Part shown: positions 40,650-53,859 of the stretch, in pieces
Numbering within the stretch: the first letter of the stretch is position 1
Layout: the number at the start of each line of letters is the position of its first letter
From: Paecilomyces variotii
Taxonomy: Eukaryota
DNA length: 64,000 nucleotides
NCBI GenBank assembly: GCA_004022145.1
Contig: RCNU01000002.1
Strand: one strand, 5' to 3'
Made by a program: the position numbers and the translations under genes
The notes under the pieces: generated by a model
What the model was told of the DNA's origin: nothing
Seen by the model: the letters and a program-made list of their open reading frames with translations, nothing else
Database searches by the model: none

Positions 40650-42866
40650 TTAGACAACCTGGTCCTGTTGCTTCTTACCGCGTCTCTCTAGCAGTGTTGC
40701 ATTGTCTAAGCTCAGTTCGAAAGGCTGTCTTGAATTCCGGGCCACACTTTGTCTTGCAGCTTGTGCTACTGCAGCGCTGTGCTGGCCGTAACCTGCTGGT
40801 TGTTGTCGTGCCTGCTGAGTCCGACCACCAGCCGCCGCTTGTCGGGCCTGCGCAGCAGAACTCGCACCGAGATTCGTCATCCGCAACTTGGTTTCCATGG
40901 CTGCCACATCTCCGGCCTGTTGTGAGGACTTCGGGATCTTCGCTGGAGGGTAGTCGCCATCCTCGGTGTAGTACACGGCTTCATCATCATCATCGTCGTA
41001 GTCTTCATTAAGGGGATTGAGTTGGGAGCTAAACCCAGTCGTAGGGTTTGCACCTCTGTAACCTTGTCGGAAGTTCTTGCGTCGCTTTCCTTCTTCCTCC
41101 TGTCTGTGAACAGCATAACCGACATCGAAGACCTCCCGCAGGTTCAGAGCACCAGGCGATCGGAAGTCCAGTCGACGGTCCGCGACCGGGTCATACAACG
41201 GCGCAGATAGTGGCTCTGCCTTCGCAGCCGCCTTCTGGCTGGCGTCCGCTCCCTTCTGATGAAGAGGAGTTGCCAACGGAGGAGCATCCGACGCAGCATG
41301 GGTCTCCTCGTTCGTCTGCCTGATCCACGGGTGTGCCAGGAACTCCTTGATGGTATACCGCTTGTCCGGGTCGACGGTCAATAGATGTGAAATGAGATCC
41401 TGCGCGGATTTCGAGATATCATCCCACCAAGGCGACAGGAAAGTATACTGGCCACGTGCGACCTTCTCGGTCAGTACTTGGATGCTCTCATCATAGAATG
41501 GAGGGAAACCGCAGAGCAGGGTGTAGAGGACACAGCCAAGAGCCCACATGTCGACACTCTTGGAGTATCGCTCATCCTTGACAATCTCAGGCGCCGTGTA
41601 GCCGACTGTACCGCAAGGAGTCATTGTCTGGCTGTCCCAAATGACCTTGGACAGACCAAAGTCGGCGATCTTGATCTGTCCGATTCCACCGGCACCCACA
41701 CCGGGGATGAATTCGCCCTCGTCAACCTTATCTTCCTCACCCGGCTGCTTGGGCTTGGGGTTTTTGCTCGGCACAAAAGGGATAGGGTAGAACAGGAGAT
41801 TCTCGGGTTTGATGTCCCTAGGAGGAAATTAGCAATGGCGTCTTTTTTTGTTAAACAAAGCAGCTCTTTATTGCTAACCGATGAACCACTCCGGACGTCT
41901 CATGAAGATACTCGATCGCCTTTGCGACTTGTACAATGACGTGACGACTCAGGTCTTCACTAAAGTAGGTCAATCTCACGATCTGGTGGAACAGCTCACC
42001 GCCGGGGCAGAGCTCCAGCACGATGTAATAGTACTGGCGGGATTCTGAGAAGTCGACCAACTTGACGATGTTGGGGTGATCGAGCTGGCGCATTATTTGA
42101 ACCTCTTTGAGAATATTTGCACGCTGTACAGATGGAACCACAGTTAGCTTGAACAGCTACAGATGGACGAGTGAGAATGAGAGAAAAAAGAATCCAGAAC
42201 ACCAGGGTATCCATGTAAGAGAGTGTGTGGGTGCTGTTCGAGAGAGTAGCGCACCTCCGCGGCCTTTGGCTTCTTCCTGAATTCCGGGTGAAGATGAGCC
42301 TCGCCCTATATATCCCCGTGGGAAATGTTGGCGAATGTCCAATTTGATCCAGAATGTAGACGCTGACAGAACAGAACAATCACAGATGGAAGCAGGAGAC
42401 AAGGAAAAGAAAAGCCTCTCCACTGGCAGCTTCATACCTGATTGCTGTTCATTTCAAATTTCCGGACCACCTTGATCGCGACCTCGCCATATTGTCCAGT
42501 GGTATCCTTTGCGCGATACACGTTGCTGAATGCGCCGTCGCCCATCTTCTCCACGAGGATCCAACGTTCCAGACCGGGGTACTTTGGCATTTTCGATCTG
42601 CTCTGCTTTTCCTCCTCGACGATCGCCTGGATTTCAGCCTCCCGATTCCGTGAGCTCCTGGACTGGCCGTCCGACTTCACGGCTTGGCCATTTCCTTTGT
42701 TCTCAATAGCATCCAAGTTGCCAGCCGCGGGCGGATACTGGCCTTGCTGCCGTTGTTGCTGTGCGTGGACAGCCGACACGTCGGTGGTGGGCTCCGCATG
42801 GGGGGTGACCAGGCGAGCCTGTTTCCCATGACGGATAAAGTTCTTCAGGTTCTGTATCGTACTCAT
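40650..42866 (-). CDS. srkA: CAMK-family stress-responsive MAPKAP kinase (Srk1/Rck2/SrkA type), 3 exons
   Basis: MSTIQNLKNFIRHGKQA N-terminus, MGDGAFSNV, VAIKVVRK, HR|DIKPENLL, GGIGQIKIADFGLSK, TPCGTVGYTAPE. Confidence 0.88.
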
Positions 42867-45800
42867 GACCGCGGGTGAGTAATCTGGAAGTACGAGATGC
42901 GAGAAAAGGAAAGGGTATATCAAACACGCGGTAGAGGGGAACCAAACATGAAGCGAAGTCAAAAGAGAAAATGCGCGCAGGGAGTGAGTACAGGTGCAGG
43001 TGTATTTAGGAAATCTAGGAAACAGGGTGATCCAGGGGAGGGACAGTGAGCCTCAATAACCAGGCAGACAGCTACCAAAAGGAGCAGCAATTGGGTGTCC
43101 GGAAAGCTGGGGTGGCCCTTTTTTTTGCGGATGATGACGGTGACGGTCTGACTGATTGCCGCTCCTGCGCTGGTTGGCTAGAGAGAATCGAGACGTTGGA
43201 AGGATGATGTGAAGTCGAAAGTTTCAACCGTTCTTGGCTGAAAAGATTCCAATTCCCTCGTTTCTGGAGCAGACGATGAGACAGCGACAGTGAGATGGGG
43301 GCAAGGTCGCGGGCGTCACTAGCAACCAGGGAGCGGTTTAGGCGGGCCGCCGCACAAGGGACGACGTCAAAGGAGCAGCCGGACACGGCGTCACGAACAA
43401 TGAGTCGCAAGAGCTTGAGTTCGAAAGTATGGTATGGAGAATAGAGACTGGAGAATGGAGAGTAGAAAGTGAAAATCGAGCAATGAGGTCAGTCGGCGGG
43501 GAACGGCGAGAGATAGAGTATCGAGTAGTAGTAGGCTTTGCGGGCGGCGGCCTATGACGACGATGCATCTCTGCGCGGCCGATGTCATTGCGCCAAGCCC
43601 CGTTGCCCCTCGCCGCCAGCCCAGACAATCTCCCTTTTGCTGCTTCCATGGCTCTGGGAGTCCGAAGAATGCTCATCCAGCTGATTGCTTCCCCTCGGAT
43701 AGAACCTTCTGTCCAGATGCCTTCAGCGTCGTCGATGAGAGAGCCGTCTGGTACTCCCCCCGCGAATAGTCTCCCCGGTTGCTTGTCACCAGCAAGGACG
43801 ATGATGGTCTTGTCGTCACCCCCGCCACGGCGATCCCACCCATCTGGTTTTCTATTCAGGTTCACTCCCGAGATTGGCACCGCATCTCTCCTGTTTTTGT
43901 GCAGTTTTCTTACGGCGCGGGGCCCGCTAGAGCTCGAAGCTCCCCCTGTTCTTTGGAGCTACAGGCATTGTCTAGCGTACAAAGGACACACAGGACAAGC
44001 TGCCAACGGTCTCGAACAGAACCCATCCAATGTCATCGGTACTGGCAACCGATATTGACATAGGAATTGCGTATACGGGGCCGTGGGAGATCGAACAGAG
44101 ATCGAACACATAAAGGACAGGGAAAGAAAAGGACGACGGCTGCCTGGGAACGGATGACAAAAGAAGTCAAAAGGATAGTGAGCGTAGCGCAGCATCCCCT
44201 GAAGGGAACCCACGTCCTCGATGTCAAAGGAAGACGAAATGCAGATAGGTTGAAAGCAGGCAATAGCTTAAGAATGAAACAAAACAAAATCGCTTCTTGG
44301 AAAACAAACCGAAAATCATGGTCTTACCTCGAGGACGAGCGGCATCGTCACTAAAAGCTTTTTACTCTCGACGAGGGGTATCTGATGCTGCCAAAAGAGA
44401 ATCTTGCAATGGAAGCGACCGTCGACTAGGCCTGCCAGTCGAGGAGCTTGGCGGTCGAAGATTGCTTTCTTTCTCTTTTTTTTTTCCCTTTCCTTCTCTT
44501 TTTCTGTCTTTTTCTTTCCTGTTTCTTGACACGGATCCGGAAGAAACGCGGTAGTTCTCAGGTCGCCAATAATGGTAGGGGAACACTCCTCGAAGAAGCC
44601 ACGAGGCCAAATCCACAAAACCCCTCCGTCTCTTCGCGATGCAGAGCAGCAGCAATATATCTTTTATAACAGAAGTCCTGGGACGTCTTATCGTCCAAAA
44701 GATGATGATCACCGCAGAGTTCCACTGACGTTCTTGAGGGGGGGCGTGTGGCTGAGAGAGAATAGGATGTGCAGTACAATCGCTTACGGAGCGTCGCTGG
44801 GCAAGACGGGCCGGGCTGCTGGACAAGTGAGAGCGCTAGATTATCGCTGAACGAAAGACCAAAACTCGTTGATGCCCCGGGAAATAATCAGCACGGTTCC
44901 TGTGGGGGGAGACATCGTCATCGTCCAACGATTGCCACATGTTTCTCTCGACTCTCGAGGAACGCCCGCTTGGCGATCTGGACGATCCGTGATTCCGACT
45001 TGCCCGGCTCTGTTCCATGATATCATTACTGGCATGAATAATGAGTCTTTGCTCTACTCTATTCTACAGAATTATCATCGTCGTACTAACTTAACTACTA
45101 CTGTCTGAGTGCTGGTAGTAACTTATCTGCTCTACCACCCCTTCGTGCTCTCTTACGTAGCTAGCAGACTCGACGACATCCCGTCACGCTAAATGGTTGA
45201 TCTGGCTTTCGGCCCTGCCACTCTCCCGAATCTCCAGGGTCTCGAGAGTAACAAAAACCGGCGGGAACCCGTCCATCCATGGTTCTCCTTCAACTATGCT
45301 ACCACAGGTCTGCTTGTTCCTGAGCGACCCGAGGGTTCTTAATAATAACGGCAGCAGAATCTGATGTTCAACTCGATGCAAGATCTGCCACGCACAAGAG
45401 TGATTTAAATAGTTACTCACCTGGACATCGGAGTACCCGAGAATCACTTACCATACGGCTAATAATAATATGGTATGCTGCTCCGTGCGTGATGACCCAA
45501 GGGCGCGTACACACTGCGGGGCTTTGCGGAGGCGTTGACAACTAGCCGCGTCGATTCCAGAGAAACCGTGGTTTTATTCTACTTAATTCTCTTGAAGCGG
45601 TGACCTGTCTGCAATGCAGGCACCGGTATCCCTATCTTGTTACGTTACAGCCCAAGCTGTCCGTGCAGGCTTAGGGTTGGAGATATTGGGTCTGTAGGCA
45701 TTACGGAGAGTTTCTTACTATGGTATGTACCAGTATTTGCACAGTAGTACAGTACATACATACTGGTTCAGACTAAATATATCGCACTGCTCCGTAAATA

Positions 45801-46909
45801 GTTACAATTGTCCGAGCACCCAGCTCAGACAACCCGATAACTAGATTTAGAAGTCTTCGAGAAAATTACTATTGGAGCAAAAAGGGGAAAAAAAAAAGAA
45901 AAACATGATAGACCACTTTTCACGAAAATCAACTGAGATGTAGAGCGAGCCAATCGAGATCCACCGCCAGCTCATCCTCAGGGCGGCTCGCCTCATCACC
46001 TTGCTGTATCCGGTAGATCCCAATCATCCCGAAAAGAAGACAGATCCGGGACTTACCAGTAGCTGGGTTTTCATGCTGGCGCGTTGTGGTTGTAACAGTT
46101 AGTTCGGTCTGCTGCAAGGCAAGCGAAGAGAACGAAACGTCGTGTCCCTGCATCGCGTGTGGTCGTCGCAGAGTTGCAGCTTCGAGTCACTCGACAGGCG
46201 GCTCGTTCCCCTCTCCCTCTCTCTCTCGCCATCCACCGTCTATCTCAACTTGTCGTCTTCATCCTATCTCCATCTCACCTATCTCAACGGGGCTTCAAAA
46301 TATCTGGCGGTAGTAATAGACACTATCGTTGCCTGTCCATCCTGTCGACTATTAAATTCTTCATCGCGTCATCCACTCAAGGATCCCCGAGTCGCTTTCT
46401 CCACCACTCACACGTCTTCTCTTCTGACTGCCGGCTAGCACCGTTTGCTAGACGAATCTTTTGACGAATTCCTGTAATACGTACATTCCGCTTCTGCATT
46501 CGCGCTCTCACCCCCGTGATCTCCAATCCACGACGCCTTCTGGGAAACGCGTCCCACTTTTTAATCTGGCACAGCGGACGGAACCAACCTTACAGGCGTC
46601 GAGACGCCTGGCTGCTCGCATACAGCATAATACTCCTTCGACACGCGACTAACTGGCCTCGAAGGGTCCTGATTGTCAGTAGGGCACTGGTGGACCTTTG
46701 AGAGAGGCTCTGTGCAGCTTCACTTTAGGCGGTGATCTCCTCCTTCGCTCGTTGTCGTTATGCCAGAGCCGTCTCTATGACCGGACGGGACCACCCAGAA
46801 AGAGGTATCCTGTGAAATCGCACATCGCGGACAGAGGTAGGAGTGTTGTCCTTGATCCAATACCATCCATCCGGGGTCTTTTGGCTTCCCACCGATCGAG
46901 ATCTCCGAA

Positions 46910-49615
46910 ATGACCGGGGTTGAGATCGCTGATGTTCCTCCTATGACACCTGCGCCCGAACGGCCGCTTCTGAAGGCTCATAAAGCTCTTCCGCGCAGGC
47001 GAGGCGTTTCCTCTCAAGAAAGTGTTACGCCAATACGAACTCCACCCTCAAACCGAGTCAGCAAGCCGCAGGCAGATACGGCTGTCCCGAGACTACCTCT
47101 GACGCCGCCTGGCCAGCCTGGCGAAGGATATATCAGAAAGCCGTCTGAAGGACGAGATGGCCTGTCACGAACTGAAGGTCAAACGGTCAGAGTTGTGACC
47201 CCGCCTCATCAGAGAATACCTCTGACTCCCGACACAACTCCACCTCGCATAGCGACTCTGTCACAAAAAGCTAGACCCGGAATGCAAATGCTGGCTTCGA
47301 ACTCCTCCAGAGCGGAGTCTTTCAAGACTGCGCTGGAGGGATTCTCCGACGAAGACACGAAACGACCTAACCTCTCGTCCCAATCACTGTTGCGGATGAG
47401 CGAGGAAGAACTGTTGCCAGAAGAGACGATAGGAAGAATTGAGTCTGTACCGCCGTCAGACAGCTCCTCTGGCAAAGCTACCAGCTCAACTTTAAAGCAT
47501 AGCCGCCACGTGGAGCACGCCTCGAGTTTTGGTTCATTCGATGGCGACTGGGTGAATAGACGCGAAGGAGGGACTGCCACATCACATGGAAGCCAAAAAA
47601 CGATCGACCAACGTGGATGCCGTCCAAATGGGAATCCAGCTCAGCAGAATCTGGAGAATGGCGGCATAGATGCCAAAGCGCTGGCGGTGTCTCTTAGTCG
47701 TGAAAAGTGCTTGCGTGACAGAGTACGAGAAACACGCGACGCCCCCGCCAGCCCGTCGATAGAGAAATTTGGGGAAGATATCGGTTGGTTGTCTACGGAA
47801 GACCAAGCATACATAAACGAACGCATTCAGTCTTGGAGGATGTCCAGTGCATCAACTACGTCCACGGTTGAAGCTCTGGTAATTGACTCCCCTCCACGAG
47901 TCAAGCCAGCCCTACGTCACACGGAGAAGAGATCGTCCCTGCGCTCTGCCAGCTCCCCTATGCCGAAGTCTAATCGTACCTCGATGCTTCCGATCGCCGA
48001 CTCGCAGCATCGGCTGGTGCACAAAGCGGCCCGCATAACGAACCACCATCGCTGGAGCACCGCGTCTGATCTATCCGTTCCAGTGAGCGTATCTTCGAAT
48101 GCGATGCGGCAGAAGCAAGAGGTTATCCCGGTAGTCGTTATTCCGGAGAGACGCTCATCCCTGAAATCCTCAGCTTCGACTAGCAGGAATCAGTCTACAG
48201 TCCCTTCACGCGGATCGAGCCGTCGGCCAACCATCGCACAAGATAGTCGAAACGGCTCACTGGATCTGCCACGCCAAAGGCGGCGTAGGAGGTCAGATTC
48301 CACTCCGTCCTCCATTGACTCCAGGGATATAGGAATAAGAGGGCGCGTCTTAAACAGACCCAAAATTCCTCAGCGCAGCTCATCATTGTCCGCTCCTACC
48401 AGCAGGAACACTTCGCGGACCACCTCGCTCACATCAGAAAGCCTGCAGCGCCATACCCTAGCGACTGAGAAGGAGAATCGGAGACAGAAGGCGGAAGACA
48501 ACAAAGAACCCACTGCCAGTGCCACCGTCCCTCCTGATCAGGATCTCAGCGTGGACTTCTCTCGTCGCACGTCTGTTTCGCAAGCAGCCGATGACAGCTC
48601 TGTCCTGCGACGGCCGTCTCTGCCTTACACACAACCGTCGATTCAGTCCTCTTCACCGGGGCCGGTGGAAATCCACGAAGCAACAGCTGTCACTCTATTC
48701 CCCCATAACAACAGGTCGCTGCTACTTGTTGAGCAGAATGTGCAGCCTGAATCCCAAGCTGTTCAAGCGTTGCGCACGTTCCCTACCTATGTCAACACCT
48801 TCGGAAGAGCAGAGACGCCGGAAATGATGCCACCGGGCCTAGCCGACGTGGATTCGCCTCTGAGGAATCCCCGTCCGCCGCCAAAGCCTCCAGTGGTCAA
48901 GATTATTCCACCCACGCCCATGGAAGAAATAGAACGTAGACTTGGCTCTCCGGAGCTCAGCAACGCTCTCGGCCGCCGGTTTCGTCAAGTCAGACGGGCC
49001 TTTACTGTCCGTCGTCTGTCCGAGGTCGGCTCTCCCTTCACTCGGCCTATCTCAATGAGGACTGCCAAGAACCGCAAAGCAGGAAAGGAGATGGATAGTC
49101 GCCTACATCCATTTTGGCGCCCCCGCGGATTTTGGGACGACTTTTCAGATTCTGATGACGAAGACATTGTTGCAGACAATAAGGGTGACAAAGGAGCGAG
49201 CGATATGATTATCAGCAATTCTCTAGGTATGCCTCAGAAGCGGGTGATTTTCGATGGACCTATATCCCTGCCGCGTCGAATGCAGACTGCGGGTCGTGCC
49301 AATGGGACAGGACCTCATGGATCGAGTCGAGTCAGCCTCGCGAGCAGGAGGAGCGTTGGCAGTGGTATCTTCAGACCACGATCGCCTTACAGTTCGCGCC
49401 GTTTGCGTACAATCTCCCTCTTTGGACTCCGGCTCCGATTCATCGGTTTAAGAGAGCTCCAGTGGCGTCTCAAACGTGCGCGCGACCAGCGCGAGCAAGC
49501 TAAATTGGACGAGAGAAGAGAAAAGTTGAAGCAAAGCATTGGCGACAGGGTCTTTGTGGATTCCAGCACTACTACTGGGAATATTGGGAACAGGAGAGCT
49601 ATTACGGCCATATAA
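46910..49615 (+). CDS. Hypothetical 901-aa Ser/Pro/Arg-rich, largely disordered protein
   Basis: Uninterrupted 2.7-kb ORF with motif-like islands (EATAVTLFPHNNRSLLLV, DSPLRNPRPPPKPP, LHPFWRPRGFWDDF) and a C-terminal coiled coil. Confidence 0.8.
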   Translation: MTGVEIADVPPMTPAPERPLLKAHKALPRRRGVSSQESVTPIRTPPSNRVSKPQADTAVPRLPLTPPGQPGEGYIRKPSEGRDGLSRTEGQTVRVVTPPHQRIPLTPDTTPPRIATLSQKARPGMQMLASNSSRAESFKTALEGFSDEDTKRPNLSSQSLLRMSEEELLPEETIGRIESVPPSDSSSGKATSSTLKHSRHVEHASSFGSFDGDWVNRREGGTATSHGSQKTIDQRGCRPNGNPAQQNLENGGIDAKALAVSLSREKCLRDRVRETRDAPASPSIEKFGEDIGWLSTEDQAYINERIQSWRMSSASTTSTVEALVIDSPPRVKPALRHTEKRSSLRSASSPMPKSNRTSMLPIADSQHRLVHKAARITNHHRWSTASDLSVPVSVSSNAMRQKQEVIPVVVIPERRSSLKSSASTSRNQSTVPSRGSSRRPTIAQDSRNGSLDLPRQRRRRRSDSTPSSIDSRDIGIRGRVLNRPKIPQRSSSLSAPTSRNTSRTTSLTSESLQRHTLATEKENRRQKAEDNKEPTASATVPPDQDLSVDFSRRTSVSQAADDSSVLRRPSLPYTQPSIQSSSPGPVEIHEATAVTLFPHNNRSLLLVEQNVQPESQAVQALRTFPTYVNTFGRAETPEMMPPGLADVDSPLRNPRPPPKPPVVKIIPPTPMEEIERRLGSPELSNALGRRFRQVRRAFTVRRLSEVGSPFTRPISMRTAKNRKAGKEMDSRLHPFWRPRGFWDDFSDSDDEDIVADNKGDKGASDMIISNSLGMPQKRVIFDGPISLPRRMQTAGRANGTGPHGSSRVSLASRRSVGSGIFRPRSPYSSRRLRTISLFGLRLRFIGLRELQWRLKRARDQREQAKLDERREKLKQSIGDRVFVDSSTTTGNIGNRRAITAI

Positions 49616-50370
49616 ACCGACCTTCTTTGTCAAGTATTGGTCTGGTACCATGTTTGACGTTCGTTTCTGGTGAATCTCGTTATCCGCCTACTTTTAATAT
49701 CTGTTGGAACTTTTCTCCCCCCCTATTTTTCTCTTTACTTTTTTCCCTCTCGAATTTTCACCTTCACGCTTAAGCAATGAGCCGTTTTACGTGACGGTAT
49801 GATGTTAATGATGGATGCAATTTGCGGAATCTGTATGTTTCGGCTGGTTATTGTGTTTGAAACTGTTGGTTTGGACGGGTTTCCAGATTGGAACCCTGGA
49901 TATTTCCCTGGTACCAGTCTCGACGGAGGATGGGGTCTTTCCCAACCTCCATGCATCAGTGACGGGAATTGTTCATGAGAAACGCGACCGGTTATGACGT
50001 CCAACGTTAGCAAGGATTATGACCAAAGAAAAGAGGAATGATGCTACGATTTACGAGACATATTCTCGAGTGCGGTGTCTTGTCTCTCTGACCGCATAAG
50101 GATTGTCATTTTAGGTTTTGATATGCCTGTCTTTTTTCTGCAAGAATCGCCTTGTATATTATAATTGCGGCATTTTTAACGTGGACTATTCTTTTCACTA
50201 AATTCCAATCTTTCTGGATAGATTACCTACAATATAACCAGCGTCCTGCTAACTAGTAGACATGATGTATTTGCCTCTAAGAGCATCTTACCCCCAAATT
50301 CATGGCATCAGTACAGTATCTAATGCTTCCAATCCAAATCCTGCTCTGCCTATCCTTCCTATGCATCCCG

Positions 50371-50883
50371 CTACCGCCGCCTTCCTGCCCTCCCCGCAAC
50401 AGCCCTCGACCTCCCTCGCACCGCCATCCCTCCATACTCCGCCTCCCGCTCCCGCCTCCTTCGCGCCTCTTCGTCCTCCTCCGCCTCAGTCCCGAGACTC
50501 CTCTCCCTTTCCCCTTCCTCCCGCATCCTAACCCTAGCACGCACATTTTCCAGCGCCATCGGATCCAGAAACGGCTGCGGAGCACGCGAAGAGTCGAATT
50601 CGATAACGATCGGCTCGGGCATATCTCCTACTTTGGACTCGTCGCGGCTAGTAGTACCCGTGCTTGTGTTTGCGTTTGCAGGATCAGAAGAAGGCACAGC
50701 GGACGAGAAAGCTGGTTTCCGAATCTGGATCCCGGCAGGATATGCACTAGGATTGCAGGATGAGGATGATAATGGAATGGGGAGAAGAGTGCGTTTAGAA
50801 GGGATAAGTAGTCGTCGTGGAGATGTGGGTAGATGTGTTTTTTCTGATAAGGGAGAAGGAGAAGGAGAAGAAGAAGAAGGCAT
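50371..50883 (-). CDS. Small hypothetical protein (170 aa)
   Basis: ATG-started ORF with a charged helical C-terminus, flanked by AT-richer sequence. No family recognised and the true start is uncertain. Confidence 0.5.
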   Translation of the reverse strand: MPSSSSPSPSPLSEKTHLPTSPRRLLIPSKRTLLPIPLSSSSCNPSAYPAGIQIRKPAFSSAVPSSDPANANTSTGTTSRDESKVGDMPEPIVIEFDSSRAPQPFLDPMALENVRARVRMREEGERERSLGTEAEEDEEARRRREREAEYGGMAVRGRSRAVAGRAGRRR

Positions 50884-51827
50884 AGTTGGTGATGGGGACT
50901 GGTTGAGTTTAATATTTTTTGTTCTTTCTTTCCCCGGGAGAGTTTTTAACTGATCTGATTGATTAATTGATTCATTAATTAATCAATCGGTATTAACCAT
51001 CGTGCTATGTCGTAAAAGAAGGGACCGACTCGGAAAAGTTGGTCGTCTTTGGTTTTATCCGCTGGCCGAATCTTAGAATTCTTTCCAAGGTCCTTAAGTA
51101 TGCTTTGTGAGGAACCTTTAGCGTTGAAATTGCATGTGGTATATAAAATGGGAAGATTATAATAGTTTAGGTTGATTTACGATAGGGAGAAAGATGGAAG
51201 TGAAATACTATCTATCCATAACCTTAGGTAACTAGTTGTAGTTGAGTTTAGGTCACCTGACGACCGCTTTTGTACTTACTCCAAATATCCGCCAATAACT
51301 GCCATCTTTTTTGTTTTGCTCTTATGGAGGTCGACCTTACTACATAGCTCTCGAAGACCTAAAATGATACAGTTACATTAAAACCAGACAGAGAATAGCC
51401 AGACTACGCAAATATAAATCGTGGAAAAAAAAACATGGCATGACAAATCTCCTGCAAAAGAGGCCAGCTTTGGCTCAGACTCTGAAGGCAAAGATCAAAT
51501 ATAGCTCAGTTTTCCAGAACTAGTGAGTTTTCCACTATTCTCCTCGACCCGGTCAATCACTAAGCGGTGGAACTCTAGGGTAGAAACCTTTCAGCCAAGT
51601 GTCGAGGTCATAGGCTATATGCGCTGGCCCTCTGGCACATCAAAGAGGACCTGCCGGTATTACTGAAACTTGCTACCAGCGACCGCTGATGAGGCACGAA
51701 AGCACAGTTTGTATCGAACACTGGAGGGTTATTCTGGTTTGGTCACATGTTTGGTAGATGTTATGAATTGATTTGCTGAGATGGTTTTCTGGAAAGACAA
51801 CACTACGTAGCTGTAGCTGAATGAAAA

Positions 51828-52680
51828 TCACTGTTGAATAGGATTCCCCCTCATATCTATCGGCATATCTCTTCCTAAGCCGAGACGCTTTGAAATGCGT
51901 CGGTCAATGGGACCGAAATTCGCCTCACGGATTCGACCAAAGTTGTGGCTATACCATTCGACTGCCTGTCCATCCGGACAATTATCAAGGACATCATTGT
52001 CAACCTCTAAGTATCCTGTCATCAGAGATATCCAGGACCTCAGTGTCTCGCCCCACGCAGAAAAAGCTGTCTCTGTTCCTTCATCAATCGCAGACCTGAC
52101 AAAGCTTTCCACTAGCGCCCCTTCCAATGGGTAGTGAAGATTGCCGTAGGTTTTATATCGTTCTGTTGGTGCTAGTTCTCTTCTTTTGCTCGAAGAGGGG
52201 AGAGTATCTTCTTGAAAAAGGTGCGCAAAGGAGTTCGGGAACAAGTAAAGCTGCAAGCTCTTTTCTGCTGGATCACCATCTGGATAATCGAATACTGCAC
52301 AAGACCGATCCAAGCGGTTGTAGCCAGCATTTATTTCCTCCAACATCTGCTGTGGATCTGGATGGTTCTCCATAATTTCCGGAGGAGGGACACGATTTGG
52401 GACACTTCGGCAGAACCCTGCGCTTTCAAGCCTTTCAATGGCGGCTGTGTATTCGTCGTCCTGCACCACGATCATGGGGGCCTACAAGTATAGATGGTTA
52501 GCAGAATCATGACCAGGTTCACGCTTTACTACTAAAGGTACACATTACCCCAACAGCGATAAGAACGCCCAGATACCACATTGCAAGCGCTCCCCAAGGA
52601 GCCACATTGAACGGTTCAAGTGTTTTGCTTAGTCTTATTGAGAGCCTGTCGGGCTCGGTCTGTCTCATGCGCCTAAACAT
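51828..52680 (-). CDS. Hypothetical fungal protein, 2 exons
   Basis: Exon 1 MFRRMRQTEPDRL..WGALAMWYLGV, intron at about 52547-52483, then the 215-aa ORF 51828-52475. Confidence 0.7.
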
Positions 52681-53859
52681 AGCTGTATTGGGCGAACAAA
52701 TTCTGTCTGCTTCGTCTCGAACACGTGCAGCTTTTCAGTGGAACAAGGAATAACTATATGCTAATCAGGCGGAGGTTGGGAGGATGACAGATTGTAAATG
52801 GTTCGCGACGTAGTCTAGACTGGATAAGTAGTATTTAAGAAGGTACCTAGGTAAGTACCTAGATCACCCGCAATGCGCTAGTATTGCCCGGCTACCCTGA
52901 GTTTCAGGATTGTCCGTTCCGATGCTGACCTACAGGTTTAATTCGGAGCCTGACAGTTAATTTTATGCCTTCTTGGATGCGGTACTATATTTTACAATAG
53001 CTTAACAGGAAGAGGAGCCGTTTTCTCCGTTCTGCTTTCCCTGATTATGCTTCTGTATTGCTATTATATTGTCTATGAAATAGTTCTGTTGCACGCGACA
53101 GAAGTGGAAGAAATAATTTCTGTTGTATCGTTCTGAGTGAGAATATAGCAGAGCATCTCTAAGTAGACCCTTTGTCCTTGAGGACCATACATACGTAAAT
53201 ACGTAAACTCCTAGCCATATATTTCCTTCGCAGTGAAGCGTACTGCCTTCGGGCAAGTGGGCAAGTGGGGATTCTCCCTGAACACATGTGCAAGCCTGTT
53301 TTTCTGTTCTTTTCAGGCTAAATACGGACCTACCTTCGTGAGTTCGAAACAGCCCGAGGGCTTCTTTTTTATTTATTTTCCTTTTTTTCCCCTAAGAGAA
53401 AGCAGGGTCCTGAGTCCCTAGGAGATAAAATATTATTATATTGTACCCAAAGAATTAAGGAATTATATGCTCTGGCGCGTAATAATATATATGCCTAGCT
53501 GATAGTAGTTTAGTAAAGGCTTAAAGAAGCGTTATTGATTAATGAGAAGCTATAACTAGCTTATTATAGTCGGTCCACCCTCCCGCCGCAGAAGTAGGAC
53601 CCGAAAATAGCTAAGCAGCTAGATCGAATACTTAAAGCAAGCTTTTTCCCGCTTCCTTTACCTTGTTCCCTGTCTGCACGCGATACAGGCGCCCAGAATC
53701 TATATATATTCGAAGTTGGAACCAAGACCACTTCCAACAAATTCTTCCTCTCACTTATCTCCGACTTCCTCAAGAAATAAACCTTTTTGGGGGGGTTCCG
53801 GGTTAATAAGACAAGCACTCCGTGGCCTGGCGGTCCAAGGAGCATGCCACTGATCCAGG

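Noticed and set aside
43072-45108. Several overlapping 100-180 aa ORFs on both strands
   Set aside because: GC-rich intergenic ORFs with no motifs and mutually conflicting frames.
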